Assembly (NCBI GenBank): GCA_963802945.1
Contig: CAWDKY010000017.1
Span: 416,001 to 480,000 of the forward strand
DNA: 64,000 nt
Direction of reading: 5' to 3'
DNA from: an uncultured delta proteobacterium
GTDB lineage: Bacteria; Desulfobacterota; RBG-13-43-22
Shown: positions 29,809 through 39,426 of the stretch, in pieces
Numbering within the stretch: position 1 is the stretch's first letter
How the letters are laid out: each line of letters starts with the position of its first letter
The notes under the pieces: model-generated
Database searches by the model: none
Seen by the model: only the letters and a program-made list of their open reading frames with translations
Told to the model about the DNA's origin: nothing
Made by a program: the position numbers and the translations under genes

Positions 29809-31542
29809 TCAGGCCCTGCCCAAATTTTTGGCCTTCTCCAGATATTCAGGTAACCGTTTCCTGATAGCGATCTTATCGTATTTGCCCACACTCGTTTTGG
29901 GTATCTCATCGCAGAAAACAATATAATCGGGCAGCATCCATTTGGCCAGCTTCCCGGTTCCTACACCCTCGGTTTCCAAGTAGTTAAGAAGATCTTCTTC
30001 GCTCTTATTAGCCCCAGGAAGGCATCGGGCCAGACACATGGGCCTCTCTCCCCACTTCTCGTCCGGAACACCCACATAGGTGGCTTCAAGCACAAAGTCG
30101 GCATTACAGGTCAGGTTCTCCAAAAGAACAGTAGGCACCATCTCAGCCCCGCTCCGGATCACGTCCGTTATCCGGTCGACGATGATGATATAGCCCTCCT
30201 CATCGACCTTGGCGGCATCGCCGGTATGAAACCAGCCGTTACGCCAGGCAGTGGTGGTTCTCTCCGGATCCTTGAAGTATTTCTCCATGATCCAGTGGCC
30301 TCTTAAAACGATCTCGCCGATGGTCTCGTTATTGTGGGGGACTTCCTTGCCGTCCTCACCTATGACCCTGGCATCGATGGCCGCCGGATTGGCCAAACCG
30401 GTCTTGACCCTGATCTGATCCAGTTGTTCCTTCGGCCAATCCACCATGTTACGTTTGATAGTCGCACCGATAACTCCGGCCAGGGTCTCCGTCATACCGT
30501 AACCGGAGCCGACGGTGAATTGGGGGAATATTTTTTCGGCCTTGGCCTTCAGGCCCAGAGGCAGGGCGGCTCCACCAGTGCCTACGGTGATCAAACTGCT
30601 CAAATCATATTTGTGAAAGTCCGGATACTCAATGAGCATAGCCAGCATCGTCGGCACCATGGATGTGGCGGTCACTTTTTCCGTTTGCACCAGATCACAG
30701 AAATTCTCAGGGGTGAACCGGCCGGGAAAAACTATTCTGGAGGCCATATAGACATAGGCAAAAGGTGCCTGCCAGGCATGAATATGAAACAGCGGGACAT
30801 TGATCAAAACCACCATGGTGTTGGGGTTCGGTGGCTCATCCGGCAGTCTCGGCAGTAAAAATCGATTGCCCGTCGTGTATAAGGTCTGTAAAAAAAGCTG
30901 TCGATGGGTGAAAAGAGTTCCCTTGGGTAAGCCTGTTGTCCCTGTGGTATAGTAAAGAACGGAATAGGTGTCTTCATTAAAATCGGGCCAATCGAAGTTC
31001 GACGGTTGTTGCTTTAACAGTTCTTCGTATTCATAGAGAGGCTCTATTCTGGTTTTGGGTTTCCCGGGCTTATCGGAAATATAAATGAATTTCTGAACGG
31101 TAGGTTTTATCCGGTCGTAGAGTGCTTCAACCAAGGGCAGGAGGGCATCATCAAAGAAGAGGATTTTGTCTTCGGAATGGGTTATGGTGTAGGCCATGTG
31201 ATCCAAAGAGAGCCGGATGTTGATCGGATGAGACACTGCTCCGGTGCAGGTGGTAGCGTAAATGATTTCCAGGTGCCAGTGGTGGTTGAGGGACATGGTT
31301 GCTACCCGGTCGCCGGGCCGGCCGGGCTTTCCGGGATTGACTCCCAGACTTTTCAAGGCATGGGCCAGACGGCAGGTTCGCTCATGCCACTGCCGCCAGG
31401 TGAATCGGAAATATTTGCCGGCGTCATTTCTGTAAACCACGCCTATATCATCCGGGTATAAAGACAACGGCCTTAAGAAACAATTCTTAAGCAGCAACGG
31501 GTAATGGATGGTGTACTCAGGATAGCTAATTTCCTCTGTCAT
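29809..31542 (-). CDS. Fatty-acid--CoA ligase (AlkK/DmdB-like)
   Basis: YTTGTTGLPKG, GYGMTET, GWFHTGD, PKTSVGKYDK. Confidence 0.92.
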   Translation of the reverse strand: MTEEISYPEYTIHYPLLLKNCFLRPLSLYPDDIGVVYRNDAGKYFRFTWRQWHERTCRLAHALKSLGVNPGKPGRPGDRVATMSLNHHWHLEIIYATTCTGAVSHPINIRLSLDHMAYTITHSEDKILFFDDALLPLVEALYDRIKPTVQKFIYISDKPGKPKTRIEPLYEYEELLKQQPSNFDWPDFNEDTYSVLYYTTGTTGLPKGTLFTHRQLFLQTLYTTGNRFLLPRLPDEPPNPNTMVVLINVPLFHIHAWQAPFAYVYMASRIVFPGRFTPENFCDLVQTEKVTATSMVPTMLAMLIEYPDFHKYDLSSLITVGTGGAALPLGLKAKAEKIFPQFTVGSGYGMTETLAGVIGATIKRNMVDWPKEQLDQIRVKTGLANPAAIDARVIGEDGKEVPHNNETIGEIVLRGHWIMEKYFKDPERTTTAWRNGWFHTGDAAKVDEEGYIIIVDRITDVIRSGAEMVPTVLLENLTCNADFVLEATYVGVPDEKWGERPMCLARCLPGANKSEEDLLNYLETEGVGTGKLAKWMLPDYIVFCDEIPKTSVGKYDKIAIRKRLPEYLEKAKNLGRA

Positions 31543-31846
31543 GGTTTGATTCCCCTTTGTTGATATAATTTTTGTTTTTATCGAAAACCTTTCGAGTTGC
31601 CGAGCAGGCCCAAAACAAAATCAGGTCTTCCCAATGATCCCCCGAAACCCTCGAATAAAACAAGAGGAGTATAAGCTGGTTGGGGAAAGGGGGTCAAGGG
31701 TAAAAATAAGGGAAAAATAAGGTAGGAAAATGGGGGAAAAAGAGTTGGGTAAAACAGGATTTGATGTTGACATAAGATGCCCTCTCGATCATACTGCCGT
31801 CTGCTGAAAAAGAATTTGATCGTGTTGTTTAAGTCTAATTTGAAAC

Positions 31847-33010
31847 GTGGAACATCATAAAGACCTTAAAGGCCAGGCCCTCTTATTCCTCCTTTTTCTC
31901 TGGTTTCTCTGGTTCTGCAATCTGGGAGTTCGGGTCATCTTCTCGCCCATTTTACCTTTAGTTGAAGATGAGTTTGCCGTCGGTCATGCCCGGGCCGGCA
32001 GTATTTTTATCTTTCAGTCGATTGGTTATGGGTTATCGTTATTTTTTTCAGGATTTTATTCCGGCCGGCTGGGTTACAAAAAATCGATTATCCTTTCTAT
32101 GTTGGTCTCATCTTTAGTTTGCTTCTTCATTCCTTTCGTCAAGGTGTTTTCGGCTTTTTATCTTTTTTCTTTCGTTCTCGGTTTTTCCACAGGGATCTAT
32201 CTGCCTTCCGTGATACCGCTCCTTACGGAATATTTTGAAGAAAGTCAATGGGGAAAATCTATTGCCATTCATGATTCGGCGGCTTCGGTCAGCATATTTT
32301 GTATGCCCTTTGCAGCGTTATTCCTGCTCCACTTTTTTAAGTGGAGAGGGATATTCGAAGTTTTCGCCCTGACCTTTTTCCTGAGCGCTGTCTTGTTTTA
32401 TTTCACCAGTGATGAACTTAAGATCAAACATTCTGAAAAGGCCAGGTTGGGTGATCTGGTCAAAAGGCGATCTCTTTGGATCATGGCCTTATTATGGACG
32501 TTTGTTGCTGGTGCCAATATGGGCATCTTTTTTATCGTCCCTTTGTATCTGACCAAGGAGCTTTCTTTGAGTATCGGATATGCCAATACCCTCTTGGGGG
32601 TGTCTCGGTTCGGAGGGATTGCCGTGGCCATCCTGTGCGGATTTCTGGTCGATCGCTTCAGCCTCCGAAAGATGATATTCATGATGGTGCTGCTTACAGG
32701 TATTTTCACGGTTCTTATGGGCCTTGCTTCCGTGCGCTATGTCGGGATCTTTCTTTTTTTTCAGGCCCTGGTGGTTACTGGTTTTTTCCCTCTGGGACTG
32801 GTGTCCATGGCCAGGATGTTCAGCCGGGAAGTCAGGGGTTTGGCTACCGGATTGACCTTGACCATCGGTGTGACCTGCGGAGCAGGACTGATGCCTTTTT
32901 TCCTTGGTCTCTCCGGTGACTTGCTTAGCTTCCGTTTCGGTATCTCCATGCTTGGGATGGCAGTTATTCTATCCTGCGGGCTGATATTCTTTTTAAAGGA
33001 AATTGAGTAA
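31847..33010 (+). CDS. MFS transporter
   Basis: About 12 TM segments; GFLVDRFSLRK; upstream TTGACA-N17-CATACT. Confidence 0.88.
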   Translation: MEHHKDLKGQALLFLLFLWFLWFCNLGVRVIFSPILPLVEDEFAVGHARAGSIFIFQSIGYGLSLFFSGFYSGRLGYKKSIILSMLVSSLVCFFIPFVKVFSAFYLFSFVLGFSTGIYLPSVIPLLTEYFEESQWGKSIAIHDSAASVSIFCMPFAALFLLHFFKWRGIFEVFALTFFLSAVLFYFTSDELKIKHSEKARLGDLVKRRSLWIMALLWTFVAGANMGIFFIVPLYLTKELSLSIGYANTLLGVSRFGGIAVAILCGFLVDRFSLRKMIFMMVLLTGIFTVLMGLASVRYVGIFLFFQALVVTGFFPLGLVSMARMFSREVRGLATGLTLTIGVTCGAGLMPFFLGLSGDLLSFRFGISMLGMAVILSCGLIFFLKEIE

Positions 33011-33020
33011 GGAGGGAATT

Positions 33021-33152
33021 ATGATAACTTCTATTCGCGTCGATCCGAACGTCCCGATGAAAATACGGGACGGTGCTCTTTGGTTGATAACCACAGTAAA
33101 GAATAATATATTCAGAACATGCGGATGGTGTATGGTGTTAAAGATTTCGTGA
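33021..33152 (+). pseudogene. Possible CocE/NonD hydrolase N-terminal fragment
   Basis: AAGGAGG RBS; MITSIRVDPNVPMKIRDG resembles the V.V.MRDG start of that family. Confidence 0.4.
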
Positions 33153-33326
33153 AAGAGATGATGGCGCCCTATAATGTTTCTGAAAAGAAAAAACAGATGG
33201 GGCGACAAAGCGGATGGAGGAATAATAAAGAGAACTGAACCGTTCCCTTTATTCACTGTTTTTCTCCTTGATAGTATTCTTTTTTTTGTTTTATAATTAG
33301 GCCAACAAAAGGCAACTTTTTAACAA

Positions 33327-33500
33327 ATAGTGGTTGTTGTCTCTGCCTTTGGCATAAACTCCGGACAGGCCTTTGCAGCCGTTATCGGCCCTCGCGTTGA
33401 GGTGCCAGCCCTCATCAGCCTCGTCAATGTGGCACTCTATTTTCAGCGACGCTGCTTTTCCGATCAGCAGTGCTGGGTCACGGGAATAGAACCGTCGTAA
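33327..33500 (+). pseudogene. ACR3 arsenite efflux C-terminal fragment
   Basis: [33 protein letters not shown], matching the ACR3 GPLVEVP motif. Confidence 0.75.
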
Positions 33501-33789
33501 CCGCTAACTAAGGATGCGATCATTTCACGGCGAACGAGGAAATCAACCTGAGCCGCACCGGACGTGCTACCTAGGCCCAAAAACAGGGAAAATAGGGGAC
33601 CAAGGGGTCACCTGTAAGGCTGACCACTGCCAACCTTGCTTGCTGAAGACTTCTGGTTTACAATGCGTTATTCTTCCTGGCGATTAACATGATAGAATTA
33701 TGTTGGATGGCGGGTAGGGGAAATGGGCTTCTTCCTATGTCAAGCAGTAAGGGTCCGCTCGTCCAAAAAACCAAAAAAGGAGGTAGCAA

Positions 33790-34170
33790 ATGAAAAGACT
33801 ATTAGTAGTATTTCTGGCAGTGTTTGTCGGTTTGACATTCGTGTCCGGCGTGTATGCCCAGGCGGTGACCGAGACAAAAGGAACGACTCCCAAAACAGAG
33901 GCTGCGGCCAAAACCGAGAAGCACATAGCCCAACAGGCGCCCGGCCCGTGCAAGCAGATCCTAGTGGCTTGTAAGAACGCGGGTTTTGTTATTGGAGAAT
34001 GGGAAAAAGGGTATGGCCTCTATAGGGATTGTGTAGATCCCATTATGCAAGGCAAAACTAAGGTGCCTGGGGCTATAAGACCTCTGCCCGCCGTCGATCC
34101 AAAACTGGTTGCTGAATGCAAGGCAAAGAATCCGAGCTATGGAAGCGGCAAGGTTGGTTCCAAGAAGTAA
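33790..34170 (+). CDS. Secreted small protein with four Cys
   Basis: AAGGAGG RBS; signal peptide ending VYA; low-complexity linker; PCKQILVACK...DCVDP...ECKAK. Confidence 0.75.
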   Translation: MKRLLVVFLAVFVGLTFVSGVYAQAVTETKGTTPKTEAAAKTEKHIAQQAPGPCKQILVACKNAGFVIGEWEKGYGLYRDCVDPIMQGKTKVPGAIRPLPAVDPKLVAECKAKNPSYGSGKVGSKK

Positions 34171-34599
34171 ACCGTAATTATGCGTCTGCGTCCTCTCTTA
34201 GAGAGTCCCAGGTGCTGTAAGCCGCCCCATGAACGTGGTATATGGGGTCAAATCTTCCCGGGCTGGTGCCCAAAGGCAAGGATAAAGATTTGACCTATTC
34301 TCCACGAGAGTTTGTTCGCCTTTCGTCCCCTACTCGCCATGTCTATTGGTCGGTATTCGCCATCTTAGGACTACGGAAGTCCGAGGCTTCCATTCCTAAG
34401 GCTTTCATGGCGAACAACCGGTCAAAATGTTCACTTGTATGCTTGATTTTTCCTCCAGCATCATAAAGATGAATACGTAGCGGTTAGGGAGCTTAGGTTT
34501 AAGAATAGCCCCTCCAGGTTGAACAAAGGTGGCTGCGGCATCATCCCGAAAAAAACTTGTTGGGGTCCAGGGCAGGACTAATCCTCGTATTACGGAATT

Positions 34600-34975
34600 T
34601 ATCTCCCGGAAGAATCATGGGTTATCTATTGATCTAAGGACAACCGACAAGAAAAAGTTTTAATGCCTTAGATTGGTTCCGCCGCTGGCTGGATAATGTC
34701 ACCCGAGGGCTTTGTCAAAAAGAAAAAGTAACTGGTCTCTTTTCTTATGTTATAGAACCGGATGAAAATGCAAAATCCAATCGGAATTGGGCGAAGTTGA
34801 TTCAGAAAATTGCAGCCTGTCCCGGACATGATCCGGGAAGGTCAATCTCCTGACCTGCTCCAAAGGCCAGGGGCTGATGCGGATAATCAGCATTATCGAA
34901 GACCAGGGAGTCATTAGCGAGATCCTTTCACCCCTAGCCTTATACCAAACCACCCAAAGACCCTCACCCAAACCC
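34600..34975 (+). pseudogene. IS91-family transposase C-terminal remnant
   Basis: Fragments YLPEESWVIY*SKD, NVTRGL, RNWAKLIQKI, VNLLTCSKGQGLMRIISIIEDQGVISEIL; a small palindrome (cccggacatgatccggg) is inserted at ~34820-34837. Confidence 0.7.
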
Positions 34976-35007
34976 AAATCCCTCTAAATTTAAATAGATT
35001 GCTCAGC

Positions 35008-35103
35008 CTCCCAGCTTTCTTTTTACGAGGATCAGGATTTCGGGGCATGCAAATTACTCCACTGTTTGAGGAAAATCTAGGAGGCAGAGGGAGTAGTTCG
35101 TTC
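35008..35103 (+). repeat. Diverged ~96-bp direct repeat, copy 1
   Basis: ctcccagc..gaggatcaggatttcggggc..tgtttgaggaaaat..ggaggcag..gtagttcgt also found at 38373-38470. Confidence 0.8.
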
Positions 35104-35109
35104 AATTCC

Positions 35110-35440
35110 CGCAGTCTTTGGGCAACTGGTTTTCCTTATGACATTCGGATGAGTAAAGATAACAGTCTTAATTGTTTTAATTTGATGGCCATGGAAGTGC
35201 CGGCCATTCGGCGTGCTGGCGCGGCCGCTTTGGATATCGATGATCTTGCTGCTGGCAGGTTTGATGGTTTTTGGGAATTAAAGCTTATGCCATGGGGTAT
35301 GGCCGCTGGATGTTTGATGGTGTAAGAATCAGGAAGAATTATCTCTGATATATCTGGAGGCAAGTGGGGTATTTTTTTGCACAATGTTTTTGCTTCCAAT
35401 GGTTTGATTCACGAGAAAATGATAAGTGTTTTTAAAAGAG
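35110..35440 (+). pseudogene. Inositol monophosphatase (SuhB) 3' fragment
   Basis: ATGFPYDIR..IRRAGAAALD..AAGRFDGFWELKLMPW..MV*ESG..ASNGLIH. Confidence 0.8.
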
Positions 35441-35482
35441 GTGTTTCCCCATAAATCTGGTTGGTTAATTTGTAATTTCCTT

Positions 35483-36433
35483 TTATCCTTTCATCTTCCG
35501 TTTTACTGACGCAAAGGTTTGTTTTAAACCAACAGCCAGCGCTTTTTTGACCTTTAAAGTTATATTTTTATATTGTTTATGAAAATAATTTCTGCGTTCT
35601 AAAGGCGATGAGCCGAGCAAACCATTGGCCATCGCCCGCAGCCGCGCCACTCGAGCGGCCTTCACGTCGGTGCTCATTGGTTCGATGCGCTCAAGTGAGA
35701 CGATGAATTCAAATTCATACACACTGGTGGTATGAAAGTATTTGACATCGAAAAGCAAGAGGTCCATTTCAATCAAATCAGCGATACAGTGCAAAAAACT
35801 GTGAGGGGTAAAAACCCAACAATGCACGTCGGTATAGCGAGGCGCTGCTGCAAGGGCCCGAGTTCGAGACAATGCGTTTTCCAAAGTGCCGGCCAGGGGC
35901 AAGCGGGATGTATCAATCGAACCATCCCACACACCCGGTGTATCAACTATCGTATATAGGGACCAGAAATCAAAGACCTGTTTGAGCGATGGGATCGTGC
36001 GTTGCGACAGCCAGGCGTCGACGATTTCACCGGTGGTACTCAAAGGCCGCTTGGCGTCAAAACAGTAGCGCCCTTCGGGAATGGAGAGCGCGACTATGCC
36101 TCCGGGGTTCAGCGCATCGTGCAACTCCCCAAACCAGCGAATTAGATTTGGCACATGTTCAACCACGTAATTGGCAATTACGAAATCGACTCTGGTGTGC
36201 TGCAGTGATTCGAGCAGTGGTTTTTCAGAGAGAACCACATCGACTTCGACAGTAGTTGCCGTATCCCACCCGTGACCCTCGTACTTTGCACGCAACTCTG
36301 CCGTGCTGGCGTGGTCAGCGTAAAGCACCTGCGCCTCGTTTTTTCGAAGCACTGGATTGGCAAGGGGTCCGATTTCAACGCCACGCATGCACGCGACATC
36401 AATGGCCTGAAGAATTTTTTCGCGGCGGTTCAT
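35483..36433 (-). CDS. Class I SAM methyltransferase-domain protein
   Basis: GVEIGPL, VDFVIANYVVEHVPN, LNPGG, DVHCWVFT. Confidence 0.8.
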   Translation of the reverse strand: MNRREKILQAIDVACMRGVEIGPLANPVLRKNEAQVLYADHASTAELRAKYEGHGWDTATTVEVDVVLSEKPLLESLQHTRVDFVIANYVVEHVPNLIRWFGELHDALNPGGIVALSIPEGRYCFDAKRPLSTTGEIVDAWLSQRTIPSLKQVFDFWSLYTIVDTPGVWDGSIDTSRLPLAGTLENALSRTRALAAAPRYTDVHCWVFTPHSFLHCIADLIEMDLLLFDVKYFHTTSVYEFEFIVSLERIEPMSTDVKAARVARLRAMANGLLGSSPLERRNYFHKQYKNITLKVKKALAVGLKQTFASVKRKMKG

Positions 36434-36741
36434 AACAGCTCTGATTCATTCGATCTGCTACAAATACTTCTTGTCCTTACTCGCAACCATGCCCCCCCCC
36501 ATCTTCTCTTTAATAACTGAAACTCTTCGGTGTGTTCACTAAATCAGGGAAAGAACAGTTTGAATTGTTGTATCCGACATCTTTGATAAGAACTTGCTTT
36601 CATGGGAAGTGAGTATAGGGTAGCCACGCTTGGATGTCAAGGGAATCTAAACCACAAAATGTGGGATGAGGCACTGATAATCCGCCCTTTAGATTATCCC
36701 TTTTCCTAAGATATAAACTGTAGTTCTGGCCAGTTTTTCTT

Positions 36742-37920
36742 CTAAATACCTTTAGATGTTCGGTGCATCAGGTCACTAATTTTAGAAACAGCCCGCCGAG
36801 AGACACGAGGCAATTTCCACCAGGACAGCTCCTTTCGAGATCGCCTGGCAATGAGGTTAAGTAGGTTCTCTTCAGCAGGGCGAACCAATGTCGTTTCTGG
36901 CTTTTGAACAATGATACTGAAGTAGTCAGAATAAAACGCCCCTCTTTCCAGTTCGACAGCTTTGTTGGACCCAAAGAAACTGGAGCTTAGTCCAGTTTTA
37001 TATTTAGTGAAATCATGTTTCATGCCAGCCAAGCGATCAGGAATGCGCCCTTCCTGATTCGCAATTAGCCCATAAAATTGATATCCGACCGCACTCAACA
37101 TATTCCATAGACTTAGTGGAGTGAACATAAACCAGTGACCCCAGTATAGATTTTCGTCTGCAAACAAAGTGGACAACCCAGCCGCATTTGGCACGATGAT
37201 ACAGAAAAGCCCTCCGCTTCTGAGTAACCTATAAACTCGCAACATCGCAGCAAGAGGATCGAAATAGTGCTCCAATGAGTTATCCATGATCACAAAATCA
37301 AAACTCTCTTCCGATGCTCGAAGGTCAGAAATCAATCCCGATTGGATGTCAATATCAAACTTGGACTTCGCAACTCGGGCAGAGTGAAGATCTGGATCAA
37401 TACCATTTACCAACCAACCTTTTTCGTTCTTGAACCAGTTGAGAGCTACTCCCGGGCCACAACTAACATCAAGCATGCGATTCAACCGTCGCACTTTCTC
37501 CAAACCAACATGGTCATAGTAAGCTTTCATGGTATTGATCTTGTCATTGACATAATATTGCCAATCGTGGTCTTTCCAGGCAATAATGTTTCTCTCGCCA
37601 TCGAAGGTGGACTTATCAATATCTGAGAACAAGGGAAGCGGGTTAATATATGCTAGGCCACACTCTTTGCATAGAACGTACTGCAACCTCAACAATCTGG
37701 TGAGATAAAAATTTGTCAGTCTGTGGTCACCGTAGAGTCTACTCGGGAAGAAAATGGATTTTTTCACGTTTATGTTGCTGGGCCTTCTGAATAGATCGAA
37801 TTCCAGGCTTCCGCACGCATTACAACTTCTCCAATATATCCCAGGAGAGAACCGCCAAGAAATCTGATATAGAAGCCCTCTGGATTTACTCACAATATTG
37901 CGTACAGTACTCATGAACAT
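36742..37920 (-). CDS. Class I SAM methyltransferase with N-terminal CxxC pairs
   Basis: CNACG, CKECG, LDVSCGPG, LEHYFDP, LRSGG. Confidence 0.85.
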   Translation of the reverse strand: MFMSTVRNIVSKSRGLLYQISWRFSPGIYWRSCNACGSLEFDLFRRPSNINVKKSIFFPSRLYGDHRLTNFYLTRLLRLQYVLCKECGLAYINPLPLFSDIDKSTFDGERNIIAWKDHDWQYYVNDKINTMKAYYDHVGLEKVRRLNRMLDVSCGPGVALNWFKNEKGWLVNGIDPDLHSARVAKSKFDIDIQSGLISDLRASEESFDFVIMDNSLEHYFDPLAAMLRVYRLLRSGGLFCIIVPNAAGLSTLFADENLYWGHWFMFTPLSLWNMLSAVGYQFYGLIANQEGRIPDRLAGMKHDFTKYKTGLSSSFFGSNKAVELERGAFYSDYFSIIVQKPETTLVRPAEENLLNLIARRSRKELSWWKLPRVSRRAVSKISDLMHRTSKGI

Positions 37921-38074
37921 CGATGATCTCCTCTAAAAACATAGGCAGCATAAAAATTTAAAAAAATTGGTAACATTTCCCTATTTCGTTTAGGATCCTT
38001 TTAGTATCCCCGGAGTTTGGATATTTTTTCTTTTATTAATAAGTGGAAAATAATATAGACCTAAAAGATGAAAC

Positions 38075-38317
38075 ATGACACTAATTAAGCATGAAAAAAT
38101 CGATGCGCGCAAATTGGATCATAACACTCTCACCGGGATTCGAATACGAGCCGTCAGCAGTGTTCAAAACGGGGAGAGTCCGGAACAACTGGTTAAAATT
38201 ATGGGGCTCTCCCGCGGGACCATTTATAATTGGCTTTCCAAATATCGCCATGGAGGGTGGCACGCAATAGACGAAGGGGGCGTCTCCCTGAGCCTCTTTG
38301 CCACAAAACATGGTTGA
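38075..38317 (+). pseudogene. IS630-family transposase N-terminal fragment
   Basis: DARKLDHNTLTGIRIRAV..GESP..TIYNWLSKYRHGGW HTH; no DDE domain follows. Confidence 0.75.
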
Positions 38318-38372
38318 TCCCTTTGTAGCGTATATCCTGCCACGCTCCTCCAAAATGAATCCTATAATTATA

Positions 38373-38470
38373 CTCCCAGTTTCCTTTCTATGAGGATCAG
38401 GATTTCGGGGCTTCCGCAGATCACTCTATTGTTTGAGGAAAATGTTGGAGGCAGCGGGGGTAGTTCGTCC
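38373..38470 (+). repeat. Diverged ~96-bp direct repeat, copy 2
   Basis: Matches 35008-35103. Confidence 0.8.
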
Positions 38471-38655
38471 GAAATTAAGTTGCCTTCCCCTTTTTCCCTT
38501 TATTGCTTCCTGTTTGTAAAATCCAGCCCGGCAAAGGCCCTTTTTTTCAAAAGACACCCTTTGTCTAGTTGCCTTCCGCTCTGTTTTTCTCCTTGATGGT
38601 GTTTTTTTCTTGTTTAATAATTTTACCATCAAAAAGTAACTTCTTATTAAATAGA

Positions 38656-39414
38656 TCATCCATATCTTCCGGTGATGTAATCATTGGTTCGGTCATCCTG
38701 GGGTGTGGTAAAGATCTCACTGGTCGGACCGAATTCAATCAAATCTCCCAGGAGCATGAAACCGGTTTCATCCGATATCCGGGCGGCCTGTTGCATGTTG
38801 TGGGTGACGATGACGATAGTATAGTTTTCCTTAAGTTCCAGCATCAGCCGTTCGATTCTTTCCGTGGCTCTAGGATCCAAGGCCGAGCAGGGCTCGTCCA
38901 TCAGGACGATACGGGACTGCAAGGCCACGATACGGGCGATACAAAGCCGCTGTTGCTGTTCGAGGGTCAAACTCAGGGCAGGTGCCTTAAGTTTGTCTTT
39001 CAGGGTTTCCCAGAGATCAACAGCGGAAAAGGCCCTAAAGGCGATCTCTTCCTGCTCCTGTTTTTCCCTGGAGAGCAAGCCGTGGATCTTAAGGCCGAAG
39101 GTGACATTTTCCAGGATGGAAAGAGGAAAAGGGTTGGGTCGTTGAAAGACCATACCCACCTCTTTACGGAGACGGATCAAATTGACCCCCGGGGCATAAA
39201 TATCCTTGTCGCCGATCAGGACCTGCCCTTCAATCCGAATCCCATCAATCAGATCATTCATGCGGTTCAGGCAGCGAAGCAGAGTGGATTTCCCACACCC
39301 CGACGGGCCGATCAGCGCCGTAATGGTCTTTTCCTTGAAAAAGGAATTAACCTCTTTCAAGGCTTGGAAAGGACCATAGTACAAGTTCAGATTTTTTATG
39401 GCAATGGAAGGCAA
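38656..39414 (-). CDS. pstB: Phosphate ABC ATPase PstB (degenerate signature LTLEQ)
   Basis: GPSGCGKST, RCLNRMND, MVFQRPNPFP, LMDEPCSALDP, VTHNMQQA, YITGRYG. Confidence 0.93.
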   Translation of the reverse strand: MPSIAIKNLNLYYGPFQALKEVNSFFKEKTITALIGPSGCGKSTLLRCLNRMNDLIDGIRIEGQVLIGDKDIYAPGVNLIRLRKEVGMVFQRPNPFPLSILENVTFGLKIHGLLSREKQEQEEIAFRAFSAVDLWETLKDKLKAPALSLTLEQQQRLCIARIVALQSRIVLMDEPCSALDPRATERIERLMLELKENYTIVIVTHNMQQAARISDETGFMLLGDLIEFGPTSEIFTTPQDDRTNDYITGRYG

Positions 39415-39426
39415 GATTCCTCCCTT

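Noticed and set aside
36651-36665. NrdR-box-like palindrome accacaaaatgtgg
   Set aside because: Single copy with no ribonucleotide reductase gene nearby.
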